From Lama glama (taxonomy: Eukaryota): a DNA stretch of 64,000 nt. Positions 26,001 through 39,444 of the stretch are shown here, piece after piece. Position 1 is the stretch's first letter. Every line of letters starts with the position of its first letter. The notes beneath the pieces were generated by a model. That model worked only from the letters and a program-made list of their open reading frames with translations, did not search any database and had not been told where the DNA came from. Where the stretch lies: positions 66,590,001 to 66,654,000 of the forward strand of contig CM052816.1 in NCBI GenBank assembly GCA_028534125.1. Reading direction: 5' to 3'. The position numbers and the translations under genes were made by a program.

Positions 26001-29000
26001 AACTGCCTGGCAGATGACAACTTTCTGTGTTTAATGACTTCCCATTTCTCAGCTGGATCATAGTAATTCTTAAGGTATTTTGAGTGGCAACTGGTGGAGG
26101 ACAATTTTGAGTGAAATTCAACCACAAGTGATACTAGAATTGCAGATGTTTCACAGAGGTGACAATACATGGACAGGTACCTTTATACACAGCCAGATTC
26201 GCACATGTTCAGGCAGGTACCACAAAGCATAACTTATGCCGCTAGGAGCTGGCAAGTTGCTTTTCATTTAATTATGTAATGAGTGCCTGATTTCAAAAAT
26301 ATTGAAATGCTGACAAAATATGCCTGTAAATCAAGAGACTATGGTAATGCACTTAGTAGGTTAGTTCTGCACAGGGGATAAAAGTCATTGAAATGGCCAA
26401 ATGGCAAGAATTTTCATAGTGACAGAGTGAACGAGGTAACAAAACAAGCCTTCACTCATACTTCAGTTGTTTTCATCCTGCTTTTCAGAACACAGAACAA
26501 CTTCAAGTGGTTGCATGTATTTATGTTTAAGAAGCTGGCCTGTGGCAATGGTTAGCAGTATCTGACTTTATAAGGTAGTCAAATCAGCTTTAAAGTGGTG
26601 TGTTGAACAACCACAAGGAAGAACATATGAGTGGCCAACAGTACTGATGTGTGGGTCTAGGGGTACAGCGAAGGATGTGGTGGGGTCTGGGGGCCTGATT
26701 AATTGAGAGGATGGATAAATCTGCTCAGGATCATCACCCTTCTCTCTCCCCACTGATTATATCAGTTGAGTTCTCATTCTGCTTAAGGGACTCTGCACCG
26801 TCCATTTTTAGGAGTGATGCCTGGGGCTTCTTCCCTGTTTGCAGAGCCTGTGTGTTGGGTTCTGCAGGCTCAACCCCACCTGATGGCTCCCTGTGTGTTT
26901 TACAAACTTAGAATGGCATTTGGGCTGGTTGGCTTCAGACCTCAGTTGGTGATTATGACAACAGGAGTTGCTGCTGGAGAACTACTGTAAGCTTCTTGTT
27001 TGCAATTGAGTGGGAGGTGGCACCTGCTGGGCAGGACAGCTCAGGGACAGTGAGGACGAGGAGGCACTCCCCCACATTTCTATTTCTGATGAGCCTTTCT
27101 CATGCCACAGAGTCTACTGGTGCAGAGTTTTCTGCCCCTGGTCATGTTCACCAAGTACTACTTGCATATTTTAAGAGGAGCCAATTTAGTATTGAAAAAA
27201 AAAAGTGGCCACCTATTTAAAAATCAATTATCTCTTTAAGTAATCATATGACAGCTATCATTCTGGAATCTAAATGCTCCTATATATCAAAAATGTGCTG
27301 AAATAGATCAGGTCCAAATATGCCAAGAACAGCCACTTGAGGATAAAGATGTCCCATGACAGTTATAGTGTTCTAATCTGCTTTACTAATATCGTGCCCT
27401 GTCTCAACAAGAGCCAACTCTGAGACAGCATGCAGATGCAGAGACTGGGCATTGTCGGGGGAAGTTGGGGGCAAGCTGGGGGCACAGGTCAAGTTGAAAA
27501 CTGGGAAGCCTGATTAGGAGTAAATGAATGCAATGATATCTTTGTATCTAAAGATGAAATCCAACTGAAATACAAAAAGGGACTGAAGTAAGGAGCCTCA
27601 CACTGTGAGACGAGGGTGCACTAGACTTGGAGAGAGGGTACCACCTACAGTGATAGACTGGATGGAGACAGAGCAAACAGCAGCCCCGGAAGGACTGGAA
27701 GAGGTGGAGGGTCAGGTTGAAGGGAGGCCACAGTGGTGTGACTTAAGTTCTCTGTCTGAACAAAAGCTTATGAAGCTTTTGGAATTATGTGGAGTCAGAA
27801 AAACATGCACTCACACATCCCAGCTGTGAGCAGTCTGGTTTATCCGCCTTTAAAAAAATTTTAGACACTGAAAGCCCTCACAGTTGGAAAAGCCACCAAG
27901 ACATTTGCACAGGACTTAGCAGAGCGGTCTCTCACTGACTGGGTATGCGTCCACTTAAATGCATTCTTCACGGGGCGGGGGGATTCTTGTTGGTGCTACA
28001 ACAAATTGAGTTGCCTCTCCACACCTGTGGAATGCATTTGCCCCTGCCATTTTTACAGATAAAGCTAACTATCCCTGTGGAGTGATCTGCCAATTAAAGC
28101 CTGAGGAGAAAATGGTAATTAGAACCCAAGAGCTGACTTGCTTTCCTTTGGCCCTGCCTCCTGTGCTGGGCTGTGCCATTCACAGTCCTCACCCTGCCAG
28201 GATTTAGTAAACTGCCATGGCGAAGTCTACAGAAGCTTGAGGAAAGAAGAGCTTTCTAGTTTAGTTTTAGAGCTGTACAGCAGATGAAGAGTGACCAGGG
28301 CCAGGTGTGTTTTAGGAGTTCGCAGAATGTGGCTTTACGGCTGCTATCTGAATGAGGGGCCTTACGTAGCTTAGGTCTCTGTCCGTATTTTTTCTGTTTC
28401 CTCCCTTCCTTGCTTTGTTTGTTTCCCCAAATTAAACCTAGACATGACATATGCTTCTGAGAACAGGAAGATGAGGAAGAGGAAATGCCTTTGATGCTTT
28501 TCCCTTGGAAAGTCTCATCCATGTTAAACTCTTACTCCCGTAGGATTTGAAGGTCTCTAAACTAGTCTCTTTGGGAAGGCTGGTCCACAGGGCAGCATCG
28601 ACTGGATTCTCTGGTAATCACTCCACTGGCCACATTATTGTGCTGCAAATCAATATGTTCTACTCCTAACAGAAAAGCTCACAGTGTGTGACTGAAGTGC
28701 TTGGGAGGAAATGGTCTCTCCAGGAAATGGAGCTGAACAAGCCCACTGGGAAAGAAGAGTGAGAATGCGGGGAAGTGCTCTCTGCTGCAAGTGGTGATAC
28801 CTGGAAGCCCCGCCCAGGCTTCTTGGGGGTGGGGTGAGCCCGGGGAGTGCCTGGATGCTAAGGCACTGATCCAGCTGCCCCCGGCTCCTCCATCCAGAGA
28901 CTGCCTTCGGTTTAGGGCTGTGTGTGCTGGATTTTATGTTGAATGCCTTCCATTTCCTCTGTTGCTTTTAATGGCTATCATCTTACATTTCCCCCAGGGT

Positions 29001-30034
29001 AGCTTCTGTTGCTCTCTTGGCATGATTATCTTAATTTCATACTGCTTCTAAACTGAAAGTAGGAAATGCTTTAGGCTTTATTCGTTTCAAAAAGCTTCTT
29101 TTTAACCTTCCACATTTCTCAACATTCATTTGTTTTTCCATGGGTTGCCATAGCATTTAGAGAAAAAAGAAAGTTGTGGTTGGGTGTGTTAGTTGATAAC
29201 ACCAAATTAAAGGACTAAGTCCTTTTTAAAATGCTTATTCTATTACTATACTCTCTACTTTGATTTGTTCATTAATATGCAGTTAATTTATTGGCTTTTC
29301 TAGCTCCGAAAACTTGCATAACTAAAATGGGCGCACTCTTCTTAGTGTGAGAAAGCCCCGTGTATCAGATATTGCAGAGAATTTGCTTAGGATAATCAAA
29401 CAGAAGGTTATAAAGTGGCTAAGCGATTAAAAAAAAAAGAATTACTTTAAAAAAAGGTATGATTGAAAACAACAGGGGAAGAAGCATATTTAAAGAACCC
29501 AGTATGCTTTTCAAATTATAGCCTTTGAAAGGTCACAGTGGAATTTAACAGATTTGTCTTGAATACTAATGCATTACATTGCTTGGGTTTCTAGCTGGAA
29601 AAGAGTTGGTTCATCTTGCAGTTCTGAAGTGAAATAGTTGGAGGCCAATCTCATGAGCATATGCAGACAAGTTCTACCGGTCTGAGCATTGTTGTGATAG
29701 CCTACATAAGGTGTATCATAGCAGAGGAAGGAACAAGTAAGTGATAGAAACAAAACAAAGCCAGACCAATCCGCAGAATCATGCCTGTCCACAAGAACTT
29801 TTCAAAGAGCTAATATGGTGGGGTTTCACTATTGCCCAAAGGGTGCTAGAACTGGCACTCTTCTTGATGTTGGTTTTATTCATTAAGACATTCAGGGTTA
29901 CATTGTGGTAAGATATTACAAAATGACTGTCTTAAAGAGAATGCATTGTGAAGTCAGAACCTGTTTCAGAAGGGATTCTATTGAGATTACTAATAAAAAT
30001 AAGTGTTTGATTCTTATTTTCTTCTTACCAAGGA

Positions 30035-30215
30035 GCGGTGTCAAATAGAATAAGGGTTTACATTCTGTTTTGACCACTTATAGTAACCTTGAGCAAATCC
30101 CTTAACCTCTCTGAGCCTCAGCTTTTTTCACCAATAAATGAAAACAATAACATTTCGTATAGTCATTATCAGCTTAGAGATTTAGATGCACAATACATGC
30201 TCAATAAATAGTATT
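30035..30215 (+). mobile_element. MIR SINE
   Basis: accttgagcaaatcccttaacctctctgagcctcagc..atgctcaataaata. Confidence 0.8.
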
Positions 30216-30264
30216 TTTAAAAGAAGCTTATATTCTCACTTATTTCTAAGTGAGTTCTGTGAAT

Positions 30265-30545
30265 TTGATTCCATAGACACTATTGTGCACTATAACTGCT
30301 GGGAAGTAGTTTAGATTCTGGACACAGAGAGATGAATTAAAAATAGATCCTGCTTTCAAGGAGCTTGCAATCCAGTGCAGTGGAAGAACGATGCATGGGC
30401 TTGATGTGGTTAGTGCCCAGAGTGAAGTATAAACAAAGCTGCACTGGAATGTTGATCAGGGAGAAATTAATTCTGCTGGGTAGGATCGGAGAAGACCTCA
30501 CTGGGGAGGTGGCATTTGAAATGATGCATGAGCAACAGATATGTG
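30265..30545 (-). mobile_element. L2 3' fragment
   Basis: cagagagatgaatt..tcctgctttcaaggagcttgcaatccagtg..gaggtggcatttga. Confidence 0.7.
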
Positions 30546-30909
30546 TTTTTCCCTAGTTCAGTTTGTCAGCTTAATCTATTCCTGATCGGTTTGTCATGAT
30601 AATTATAATGGCAGTGAATGGCACACCCTAGACTCGATGTCTAATTGGAAATCATTCTTTCTTCCATATATTTTTTCTGCTTCATCACTACAAATGTTAT
30701 TGATCAGCTAAGAAGTAATGTAGGCTTAAAGAGGGAAGGTGGTCTGTAAATTCTTTTTGGGGAAGATGAAAAAAAAGAAATAAGAAAAAACTCCTCATTT
30801 CCATTTGAGATGTACTACCACCTAATTCTACATTTCCAGTACCTAAACACTCAAAAACATTCATTTGAAAGGCTGTTTTAAATAGTAAATTAATTGAAAG
30901 ACAGGTAGT

Positions 30910-31105
30910 AAATAATAATTGCTCATATTTACAGAGGGCTTACTATATGTCAGGTGCTCTTCCATGCAATTTAAATACATAAATTTTATTTATTCCTCTC
31001 AACAGCCTTATGAATTACATGTTATTATGCTGCTCATTTCACAGCTGAGGAAACCTAGTCATCAAAATGTTCAATAACTTTTCCCGAGACCACACTGCTA
31101 AGCAG
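30910..31105 (-). mobile_element. MIR SINE
   Basis: gcttactatatgtcaggtgct..tcctctcaacagccttatga..catttcacagctgaggaaac. Confidence 0.8.
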
Positions 31106-32918
31106 AATATAAGTTTAAAAATTGGCAGATTGTTAGTTTCAGATCTTGTTTGCTGACTGGCTAAAAGACCTTGGACAGAGCACCAACATTTGCAGAGGAA
31201 AGTAATTATGCAAATTCACTCTGTTCTTCTAATTGTGCTATAACTATTTGTAACATTATTTTAAACATCATTATGTGTTTTAAATATTTTTATACAGCAT
31301 GCAATATTTTAATTTATTAAATAATAATATTTAATATTTTAATTTAAAGAAATTTGATTTAATTGAAAGTAGCTCTTCCTATTTATTTGCCTTCTTATTT
31401 AGTACAATTAAGACCATTAAATCCAAAAGGTTTTATTTTAAGAAAAATTAATAAGAACTTCAGGTGGGAAATGGTGGGAGAAGGACGAACTGAAGAACGT
31501 ACTTATAGCAAGGGATGTGAGAATCACACCTATTTATTTTTTCTTGCATCTCTTCTTCATATTTGTTTGTCAACATTTTCCTCCTTTACAGAATGTCCCC
31601 TTGGATGAATTTTTATACCCAAATACCTTAGAATTTGGAAATAATCTTAGTTAACATAGAACAATATGGTCATTATTTTTATGCCATCTTTTTAAAAAAA
31701 ACTGGGTTTGTATCTTCATTGGGTTCTAATTAGGTTAAGCAATTGTGTTTTATCATTTGTAAGAATAAGCAATCCAAACAGAAATCTGAAGGGGACAGAC
31801 GAAAGATCCCCAACATGAAGTGAAAACGTCAAATGCCTGAGTCAAAATGGTGGCCGCTCATCTAGTGTTTTGAGGAAGCCTGGCTTTCAGTGAACCCGGA
31901 AGGAAGAAGACAGCATCACCCCATCTGGCTGCCACTCAGCTGGAATTCAGCCTTCCTGCAGATGGGGCTCGCTGAGCTACGCGGCCTGCAATTTCCCCAT
32001 ACAGGTCCTGTTGTCAAAAAGAAACCAAGATAATTGATGGGCCAGATTCTCACTCTATGTGACTCCAGTGATGACTTTGGGGGGCCTACTTTGTGCGATT
32101 TCAAGCCCATCCAGGAGGCAGGATTCTCCTCGGAAGAACTTTAGAATAGAGCATTGTTTGAAAACAAAAGGTTGGATTTGGCTCCAAACAAATACATGGG
32201 ATTTGGAGAGGAAGTCTAAAAATCCCACGGGGCATGATATTTTGCCAGCCTGTTCTCCTGAAGAGCCCTTAGCCTTACATAGACATCTCTCCTTTACTAA
32301 GAAATAAAAGTGAATCTGAATTTTGATATCTTATGTTTGGATGAATGGTGTCCTCCCTGGCTGACTCTTAAAATGCACATCTTCTTCCAACCATCTAAAG
32401 TGCAGGGATGAACTCATAATCCTTTCTGATTTTAACCATATTTCTTTCTGAAATGTCTGGCTTCCTTAAGATCATTCCCCCAAATTTAAATCATTCATAT
32501 TTTATATTCTCTTCTACTTCTCAGACTGTTTTGATTAGTCAGGACAGCTGCACCTTCTCTTTGTGATTCACTTATTCCCTGTCCTATCCTCGCCATTCCT
32601 GGCACACTTGAAACTGCTTCTCAATTCGGGTTGTATTCCATTCCACTTCAGTGCTGGGGAGGGATTCTGTTTTTAGGCACCTAGTTGCAGCTGGTAGCTG
32701 CTCATAAATGTGGAGTGATGAGGACTGTCACAGTGAGACATCCATTGTCACTCCATGAACTCATAGGGTGCCTTGTAGGCTGGGTGTCATTTTCCACCAC
32801 CGCTGACAGTGTACCTCATACACACACACACTAGCCCTGGGCTGTGGCCACATCCGTAATGGAGGTGGAACTAGGACCAACCCAACTGCAGGGCTACTGC
32901 AACTCTAGGGCACTAGTA

Positions 32919-33045
32919 CCTTCTTTCTTTTCTTTCTCATTTCCCTTCTTTCTGTCTCCCTGTCTGTCTTCCTTCCTCTCTTTCATTTTCTTTCTGCCTC
33001 TCTTTCTGTCTCCCCTCCCTCTGTTCCTCCCTTCTTTCCTTTTGA
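32919..33045. repeat. CT-rich low-complexity polypyrimidine tract
   Basis: Directly visible. Confidence 0.85.
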
Positions 33046-33449
33046 TTTTAATGGAATGTGGAGTACTTTTATTTAGTAATAATTAAAGGATTCATTTTCA
33101 TTTATTTCAGATGAGCTTGTTTTAGACCATTTTATATTCAACATTGCAATCTACCCTGTTTCATATTACTTTTGTAATGAATGCATCTGTTGCTTTTGTG
33201 ACCGTCCCCCACATTGCATATTTTTGATAGAGTGTCAGTTAATGTGAAATTTTTGCAGATTCTGGGACATGATACACAAGCTAGAATACTTAAGTTTTAT
33301 AAAATTCTAGGAAATGTAAAAATGCCTTCTGTATTTAAATACTTTTTAATAGTCATTCATTATTGAAAATGGTAATAGTAATATCTTCCTTTTGTACCTA
33401 TTAAACAATACAGAGATCCACAAATAGAACTAACACACACACACTCACA

Positions 33450-33760
33450 ACCCTTATTATTCATGTCCCTGAGTAACCAATGTAAAAGGTTTGTGTTTAT
33501 TTTTCTATAACTTTCTCTATATTAAATTATATTAAGATGTATATTCACAAATATAGGGAGTTTGCTCTGCTTTTGTTTGGATTCTGGTTTTGTTTACTTT
33601 TACAAATATAGAATTATACTATACACATGTGTGTATGTGCACGTGTGTGTGTGTGTGTATAATTCATCCAACCATTTTCCTATTCATGGGCATTAGGTGT
33701 TTGTTTTATTTCCTTTTGTAACTACAAACAATGCTTCAATAAACATCCGTATTTCATAAG
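33450..33760 (-). mobile_element. Degraded old L1 (L1ME-like) 3' fragment with a TG microsatellite
   Basis: caaccattttcctattcatgggcattagg..tacaaacaatgcttcaataaacatcc. Confidence 0.55.
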
Positions 33761-34819
33761 TTTTACAAACCTATTCTTGCCTGGTTTACATATTTTGGTG
33801 ATGGATTTAGAAAGTTGGCCCTTATAAAAATCTGTTATGATAATTTTCCATACCTAAGAAATTAAATAATGCCAAAATCTCTGTGACTTTCTTCACAGAA
33901 CATTACAGCAGAGGATAGCATGACTTCAAATCATTTCAAATTTTGTTTAGACACACAACCTTCATCGTAGGAAAAATTACCACAGACTCCCACTCTTCCA
34001 CCTTCATCTTTTAATAAATAATGTTAAATCCCCTGAAAATTAAAGGAATAGATTTAGGAGAGGATAAAGAATTATATGTTCAAATTTTGAACATGAGGAC
34101 AGAATGTCAACCAAATAGGAATAAATGTGTTAATGAAAGAAATCTAAAATGTTCTAAAGGCAGGTGTCAAAGATTTATTCAGCCTAAGTTTTGCTTTATT
34201 CAGTCTTATTTATTGTACTGCACGAGGCCTGCTGGGTGCTGAGAACTGTTAGGAGTATCTGGGCGCCAACAGCAAAGATAATGACTACTTCATTCCTAGA
34301 TCTAAATGTAACTTCATGAAATAAGGCAAATGTCAACTTCACCCAGCCTTGTTCTCTTTGTAACCAATGATTAGGTGAATAGCTTGTCATTTAATCACCG
34401 ATATCCAGTGGAAGATCAAGCAAACTCCTCAGGTACTGAATAGCCCAGCCTAGAAAGGAGAGTACCTCTGACCTACATAGCAGCGTAATTGTTCATCGCT
34501 CATTATCTGTTTAGACGCAAACTGGCAGTCTTTATGTACTAAAAATTTAGATCCTTGCTAAGGGGTGAAGTTCTAGGAGTTCAAGGAATATTATAAAATA
34601 TTCTTCTTTAGTCTTCTTCCCTCTCTAAACATCTCCTGTTGGCTGCTACCCCCACCCATAAGCATATTTACCATCTCAAAAACATTTGTACTTCAATTGT
34701 TGTACTTAGGACATAAAAATAAATTCTTTCAATCCCGTTTTTTCTGGCCTCTCTTGGAATAGAGCTCCTGCTTGTTAAGAGCTGACCCTAAGCACACACC
34801 TGAGTGGACTGAACTGGTA

Positions 34820-35010
34820 TTCACTGAGTGCCTGGTTGCAGGCACTGACTTGTTCTCACAACAAACTGATGGAGGTAGTTGCTATAATTATCTCCATTTT
34901 AGGGATGAGGAAGTTGAGACAGCAAAATTAAGTAACTTGCCTTGAATCACACGGTTTGGTCACTGCAGCAGAGCTAAGCATTAAACCTAGCTCAGGCTCT
35001 TTCTACTAGA
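34820..35010 (-). mobile_element. MIR SINE
   Basis: tatctccattttagggatgaggaagttgagacagc..taagtaacttgcc. Confidence 0.75.
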
Positions 35011-35024
35011 ACTACCAGATGCAG

Positions 35025-35407
35025 CAGAATGACTGCTAGCTGCTGTAACAAGTAGAACCACCAATATGGAACAGCTCAAATACACTTGAAGTTTATCTTA
35101 TGCTTACATAATAGTCCAAGGCAGATGTTCCTGGTCTGTGGGCAGCTTTCTCAACAGGATGATTTTGGGACCTAAGCTCTTTCCATCTTATGGTTTTGTC
35201 ATCCCTAGGGACTCCTTCTTATCAGAAAAAGTAGAAAGAAGCATGGAAAAGGGAGCATGAGAGGCTGAAATGGAGCAAGCCTGAAAGTTGCACAGTCTAT
35301 CACAGGGCCTATGTCCCTGTAGAGGAGGCTGGGAAATGCAGTCCAGCTGTGTGTCTAGAAAGACTAGAAAGCACATTTTGATGCACAACTAAGTAGCCTC
35401 TGCCACA
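35025..35407 (-). mobile_element. MaLR LTR (MLT1K/L-like)
   Basis: ctagctgctgtaacaa..gggacctaagctctttccatctt..ggaggctgggaaatgcagtccagctgtgtg, ending ctctgccaca (LTR 5' TG on -). Confidence 0.85.
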
Positions 35408-35424
35408 GCCTCACTATTGGTTCC

Positions 35425-35660
35425 CTAGGTACTGGCAAAATGTCTAATGACTCCATAGTAAGGAAGCAAAGACAGAGAAAACACTGCCATGCCCTCCAGG
35501 AATTCATGGCTTAATTTGGGAATAAGGAAACTAGTCTATAATGAAAAATAAAGAACAAGTTGGCATAAGAGGAGGCAACTGTGTTATAGGAATTCAGAGA
35601 AGGGAAATTTGATCGTGGGCAGGACTGTATAGGATTTCAGTTATGTCTTGAAGGGAAAGA
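35425..35660 (-). mobile_element. L2 3' fragment
   Basis: tgccctccaggaattca..gtgttataggaattcagagaagg. Confidence 0.5.
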
Positions 35661-36546
35661 GCAGGATAGCTTTTGTTCCTGAGGGGAGGCCAAACAAAAA
35701 AAGGGAAGAAACAGTCCATGTTCGGACTGGAGGCCTCACATTTAAACCTCGCCTGTTTCTCCATTCTGTCCTAGGCTCAGAGTAGACGCAGTGTTCTTCC
35801 AACTGACCTCGGCCACATCGTTGTGTAACATTTCATATTCTAATAGCAGAGTAAATGGACAAACAAGGGTGATGGCCACAACTAGGGCTATGAGGGAATT
35901 TGGGGTGAATGTTTTTGCTTAATGGTTAGCTTCAGATAATCTATAGACAAATAGTGTGTCACTCTGAACTGCATTCTATGCTACTTGATCTAGTGTCATC
36001 ATTACACCTTTAACAGATCATGCAATTTCTTCTGTGGACAGAAACAGTTTTATCGCTTTCTCAAATTATCCGGTTTTGCCCCAGCATATAAAGCTCTTCT
36101 AGGACAGTATCTAATTACCTCCTTATTTCACCCTAGGAAGTGAGAATGGTGCAAAGAGCATCTAATGCAGAAATCTCCAGAAGGCAATTTCCCTGGTGAC
36201 TCTAAATACCTGTATGTGTTAGCAAGTGAGTGGGGGGCAAATATCTACTTCATCAAGAAATGCTATGAAACCTATTCAAACTATGAGGAAGTCCACATTT
36301 CCAGCAGGCATCACTGCCCAATACTGCAGACAGAACAAGGAAGCTAAGAGTGGACATCTCTTAAATATGCTACTGGATCGGAAGAAAGCAAAAGATTAGA
36401 AATGATGAGAAGTGAGGGAATTAAGGAGCAATCTGGTGGATCCCTGTGTGCTTCCTGATTGGACATTGTGGTGAGGGGTGATCTTGGCAAATCCATACCA
36501 ATTAGTGAGGTTCTCTATTTGTGCCTTTTATTTGATTATGTCCTAC

Positions 36547-37046
36547 NNNNNNNNNNNNNNNNNNNNNNNNNNNNNNNNNNNNNNNNNNNNNNNNNNNNNN
36601 NNNNNNNNNNNNNNNNNNNNNNNNNNNNNNNNNNNNNNNNNNNNNNNNNNNNNNNNNNNNNNNNNNNNNNNNNNNNNNNNNNNNNNNNNNNNNNNNNNNN
36701 NNNNNNNNNNNNNNNNNNNNNNNNNNNNNNNNNNNNNNNNNNNNNNNNNNNNNNNNNNNNNNNNNNNNNNNNNNNNNNNNNNNNNNNNNNNNNNNNNNNN
36801 NNNNNNNNNNNNNNNNNNNNNNNNNNNNNNNNNNNNNNNNNNNNNNNNNNNNNNNNNNNNNNNNNNNNNNNNNNNNNNNNNNNNNNNNNNNNNNNNNNNN
36901 NNNNNNNNNNNNNNNNNNNNNNNNNNNNNNNNNNNNNNNNNNNNNNNNNNNNNNNNNNNNNNNNNNNNNNNNNNNNNNNNNNNNNNNNNNNNNNNNNNNN
37001 NNNNNNNNNNNNNNNNNNNNNNNNNNNNNNNNNNNNNNNNNNNNNN
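36547..37046. other. Assembly gap (500 N)
   Basis: Run of exactly 500 N, probably a fixed-size placeholder. Confidence 1.
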
Positions 37047-37669
37047 GGGATGGAGCTGATTAGAGATGAGTATTTGTGCCCACCACAGGGAGGCTTTCCA
37101 AGTCACAGTTGGTAATCCACCAACTGGTGTGTGGGGTCCTATTGTGCAGGGTTGGGGGTGTGGCAAAGTTGGCTCTTGGACTGTGACACCAGACATCTTG
37201 GAATTATGGGACAGAGAGTTCACCCCTACTTCATATTTCCACTGATTCTTGCCCACACCCAATCTTTGTTTTCCTAACCCATTTTCTTCTGCCTTGCGTG
37301 TTCAGTGCTTGTTTCCCCATTGTTATTTCCATGTCGTTGTGAAGGAGTGTGTTGTATATGTGATTGCTGCCCTTGTTTAATGATCTGGACTTTTTGAAAT
37401 ACTAAGGTGGTTCTTATACAACTGCAGAAACATTGGGCCAGGGCCAAGAAATGCATTTTGTCTTCCTGCAAAACGAGTAAGTGACTCTTCGATGTCACCC
37501 AGAAGAATTACATTGTGCTGAGGTTTTAAATGCACCTTGATTAATTCCTGAAAAGGATTAGACATACATGGTTCATTGACAGGGATCTGCTGAAGAAAAT
37601 ATCAATGAGGCCGACGGGACAGCTTTTTTAAGGGTCTGTGGCTACTATGGTTCACACTCAAATATTAAG

Positions 37670-38079
37670 TGTTATGGGATGACTTGTGTCCCTCAAAAAA
37701 AAGAAAAAGAAACTATATGTTGGAGTTCTAACCCTCAGTACCACAGTATGTGGACCTTATTTGGAGATAAGTAGTAATTAAGTTAAAATAAGATCGTTAG
37801 GCAGGACCCTAACTCCATGTGACTGGTATCCTCATAAAGACGGGAAATGTGAACACAGACAAATGGAGAGGGAAGATGAGGTGAAGAGACAGAGAGAGGA
37901 CATGGCCAACTACAAGTCAAGGAGAGAGGCTGGGAACAATCCTTCCCTCACAGCTCTCAGAAGGGGACCACCCTAGTGACACCTTGATCTTGGACATCTG
38001 GCCTCTAAACCCTGAGACAGTTATTTAAGGCATCCAGTTTGTGATACTTTGTTATGGCAGCCCTGGCAGGCTGATTCTG
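37670..38079 (+). mobile_element. Complete MaLR solo LTR (MLT1A/B-like) with a 5-bp TSD
   Basis: Starts tgttatgg. Contains gaccttatttggagata, gacaccttgatcttggac and tactttgttatggcagccct. Flanked by TTAAG at 37665-37669 and 38080-38084. Confidence 0.92.
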
Positions 38080-38557
38080 TTAAGTGTATACACTGAACAT
38101 TCTGAACTACCAGCCAACACTTGGGTAAATCAAATTCAGCCTCTTTAATTTATCTAGGATATTTAGATCACTGTTAATTTAGAAAAGAAATGAATTCACA
38201 TAGTGTTACTTTGCTGAATGAAATGAACCTAGATAAATAACTGAACGAATCTTGTAAAACACTAAAGTGTTTATGTCTATTTGCCCTTTATCTGAGAACT
38301 ATGTTAACATACAGACGTCTATCCATCAGATCAGTATAAACTTTTCCTATTGTTTTGAGGAGCTGGGCTTTATCTAAGGTAAGATTGCTATGTAATTACT
38401 ATGTATGACTAAGTACATTTCTGGATTTTCTACATTGTCATACATACCAATTTTGGTAGCAATGCTAAATTGTTTTAATGTTTGTTACCTTACAATACAT
38501 TGTTTTTGGTAATGTGACTCTCTTCTTTCTGTTCTTCTTGCTCACATTATTATTTGA

Positions 38558-38765
38558 TACAGTTTAGTGTAGTGGCTAAGTGTTCAGTCTTTATGTATTC
38601 CGATATTTTCACTAATCAGCCCTATGATCTTAGGCAAATTCTTTAACCTCACGGTGCCTTGGACTCCTTGGAGAGTTACAATGAACAAAAATAAATAAAT
38701 GTAGAGTGACTAGGACAGAGCCTCATGCATAATAAACACCTAGTAAATGTTACCTATCATTGTTG
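38558..38765 (+). mobile_element. MIR SINE
   Basis: cagtttagtgtagtggctaag..tatgatcttaggcaaattctttaacctc..tagtaaatgttacctat. Confidence 0.75.
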
Positions 38766-38930
38766 CTATGAGCCAAGCATTATCCTAAGGTCTTTGCCAC
38801 TCTGATGGATGGCACAAATGAACATAAACCATTTACAGACGAGGCAGCTGAAGGCACAGAGAGGCTCAGTCATGGATGAGTGGGGGACCCAGAATTCACC
38901 TGGACAGTTTGAAAAATCATTATCCTTACC
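38765..38930 (-). mobile_element. MIR SINE fragment
   Basis: ctatgagccaagcattatcctaagg..ccatttacagacgaggcagctgaaggcacagagagg. Confidence 0.6.
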
Positions 38931-39444
38931 AAAATACAATAAATCCTCATGTGAAAAGTCTAAAAAAAGTTAGCTTTTTAAAAAATCATATCCATGCATG
39001 TTTACTTTCCCTAATTAATTCTAGACTTATTTTCTAGCATTCTAAAATGTCCTGGTTGAATTTCTATCAGTATAGCTTTAAATTCATGAATTAGCTTGAA
39101 AAATATCGACATCACAGTATTTATGTCTTCTTTTGTATCCCTTAGCAAAATTATTTTCTGGGCTTTTTAATATAGGTTATACACATATCCCTTTCTAAAT
39201 AGTTTGTTTTTGTTATTTTGAGTATCAACTCTTTTCCTTTTTTTCTCACCCTTTTGTATGGCCTAGAGAATTAAGCTTAAGGGAAAATAAATTGGTAAGT
39301 ATGAAAGTACCTGATCAGGCATTATTTTATACATAAATCTCAATTAATCCTCACACAATGTTGGCGAAGTATAGTTCATCACTTACTCTGTGCATATACC
39401 CACATGTGCAGTGGCTGAACGTGACAAGAAAACAGCACACCACT

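Noticed and set aside
31240..31460. Extremely AT-rich tract as a possible matrix-attachment or unwinding element
   Set aside because: Only base composition supports it, and such tracts are common in AT-rich mammalian DNA.
36459..37262. Three longest ORFs in the track (193-239 aa)
   Set aside because: They are artefacts of reading through the N gap.
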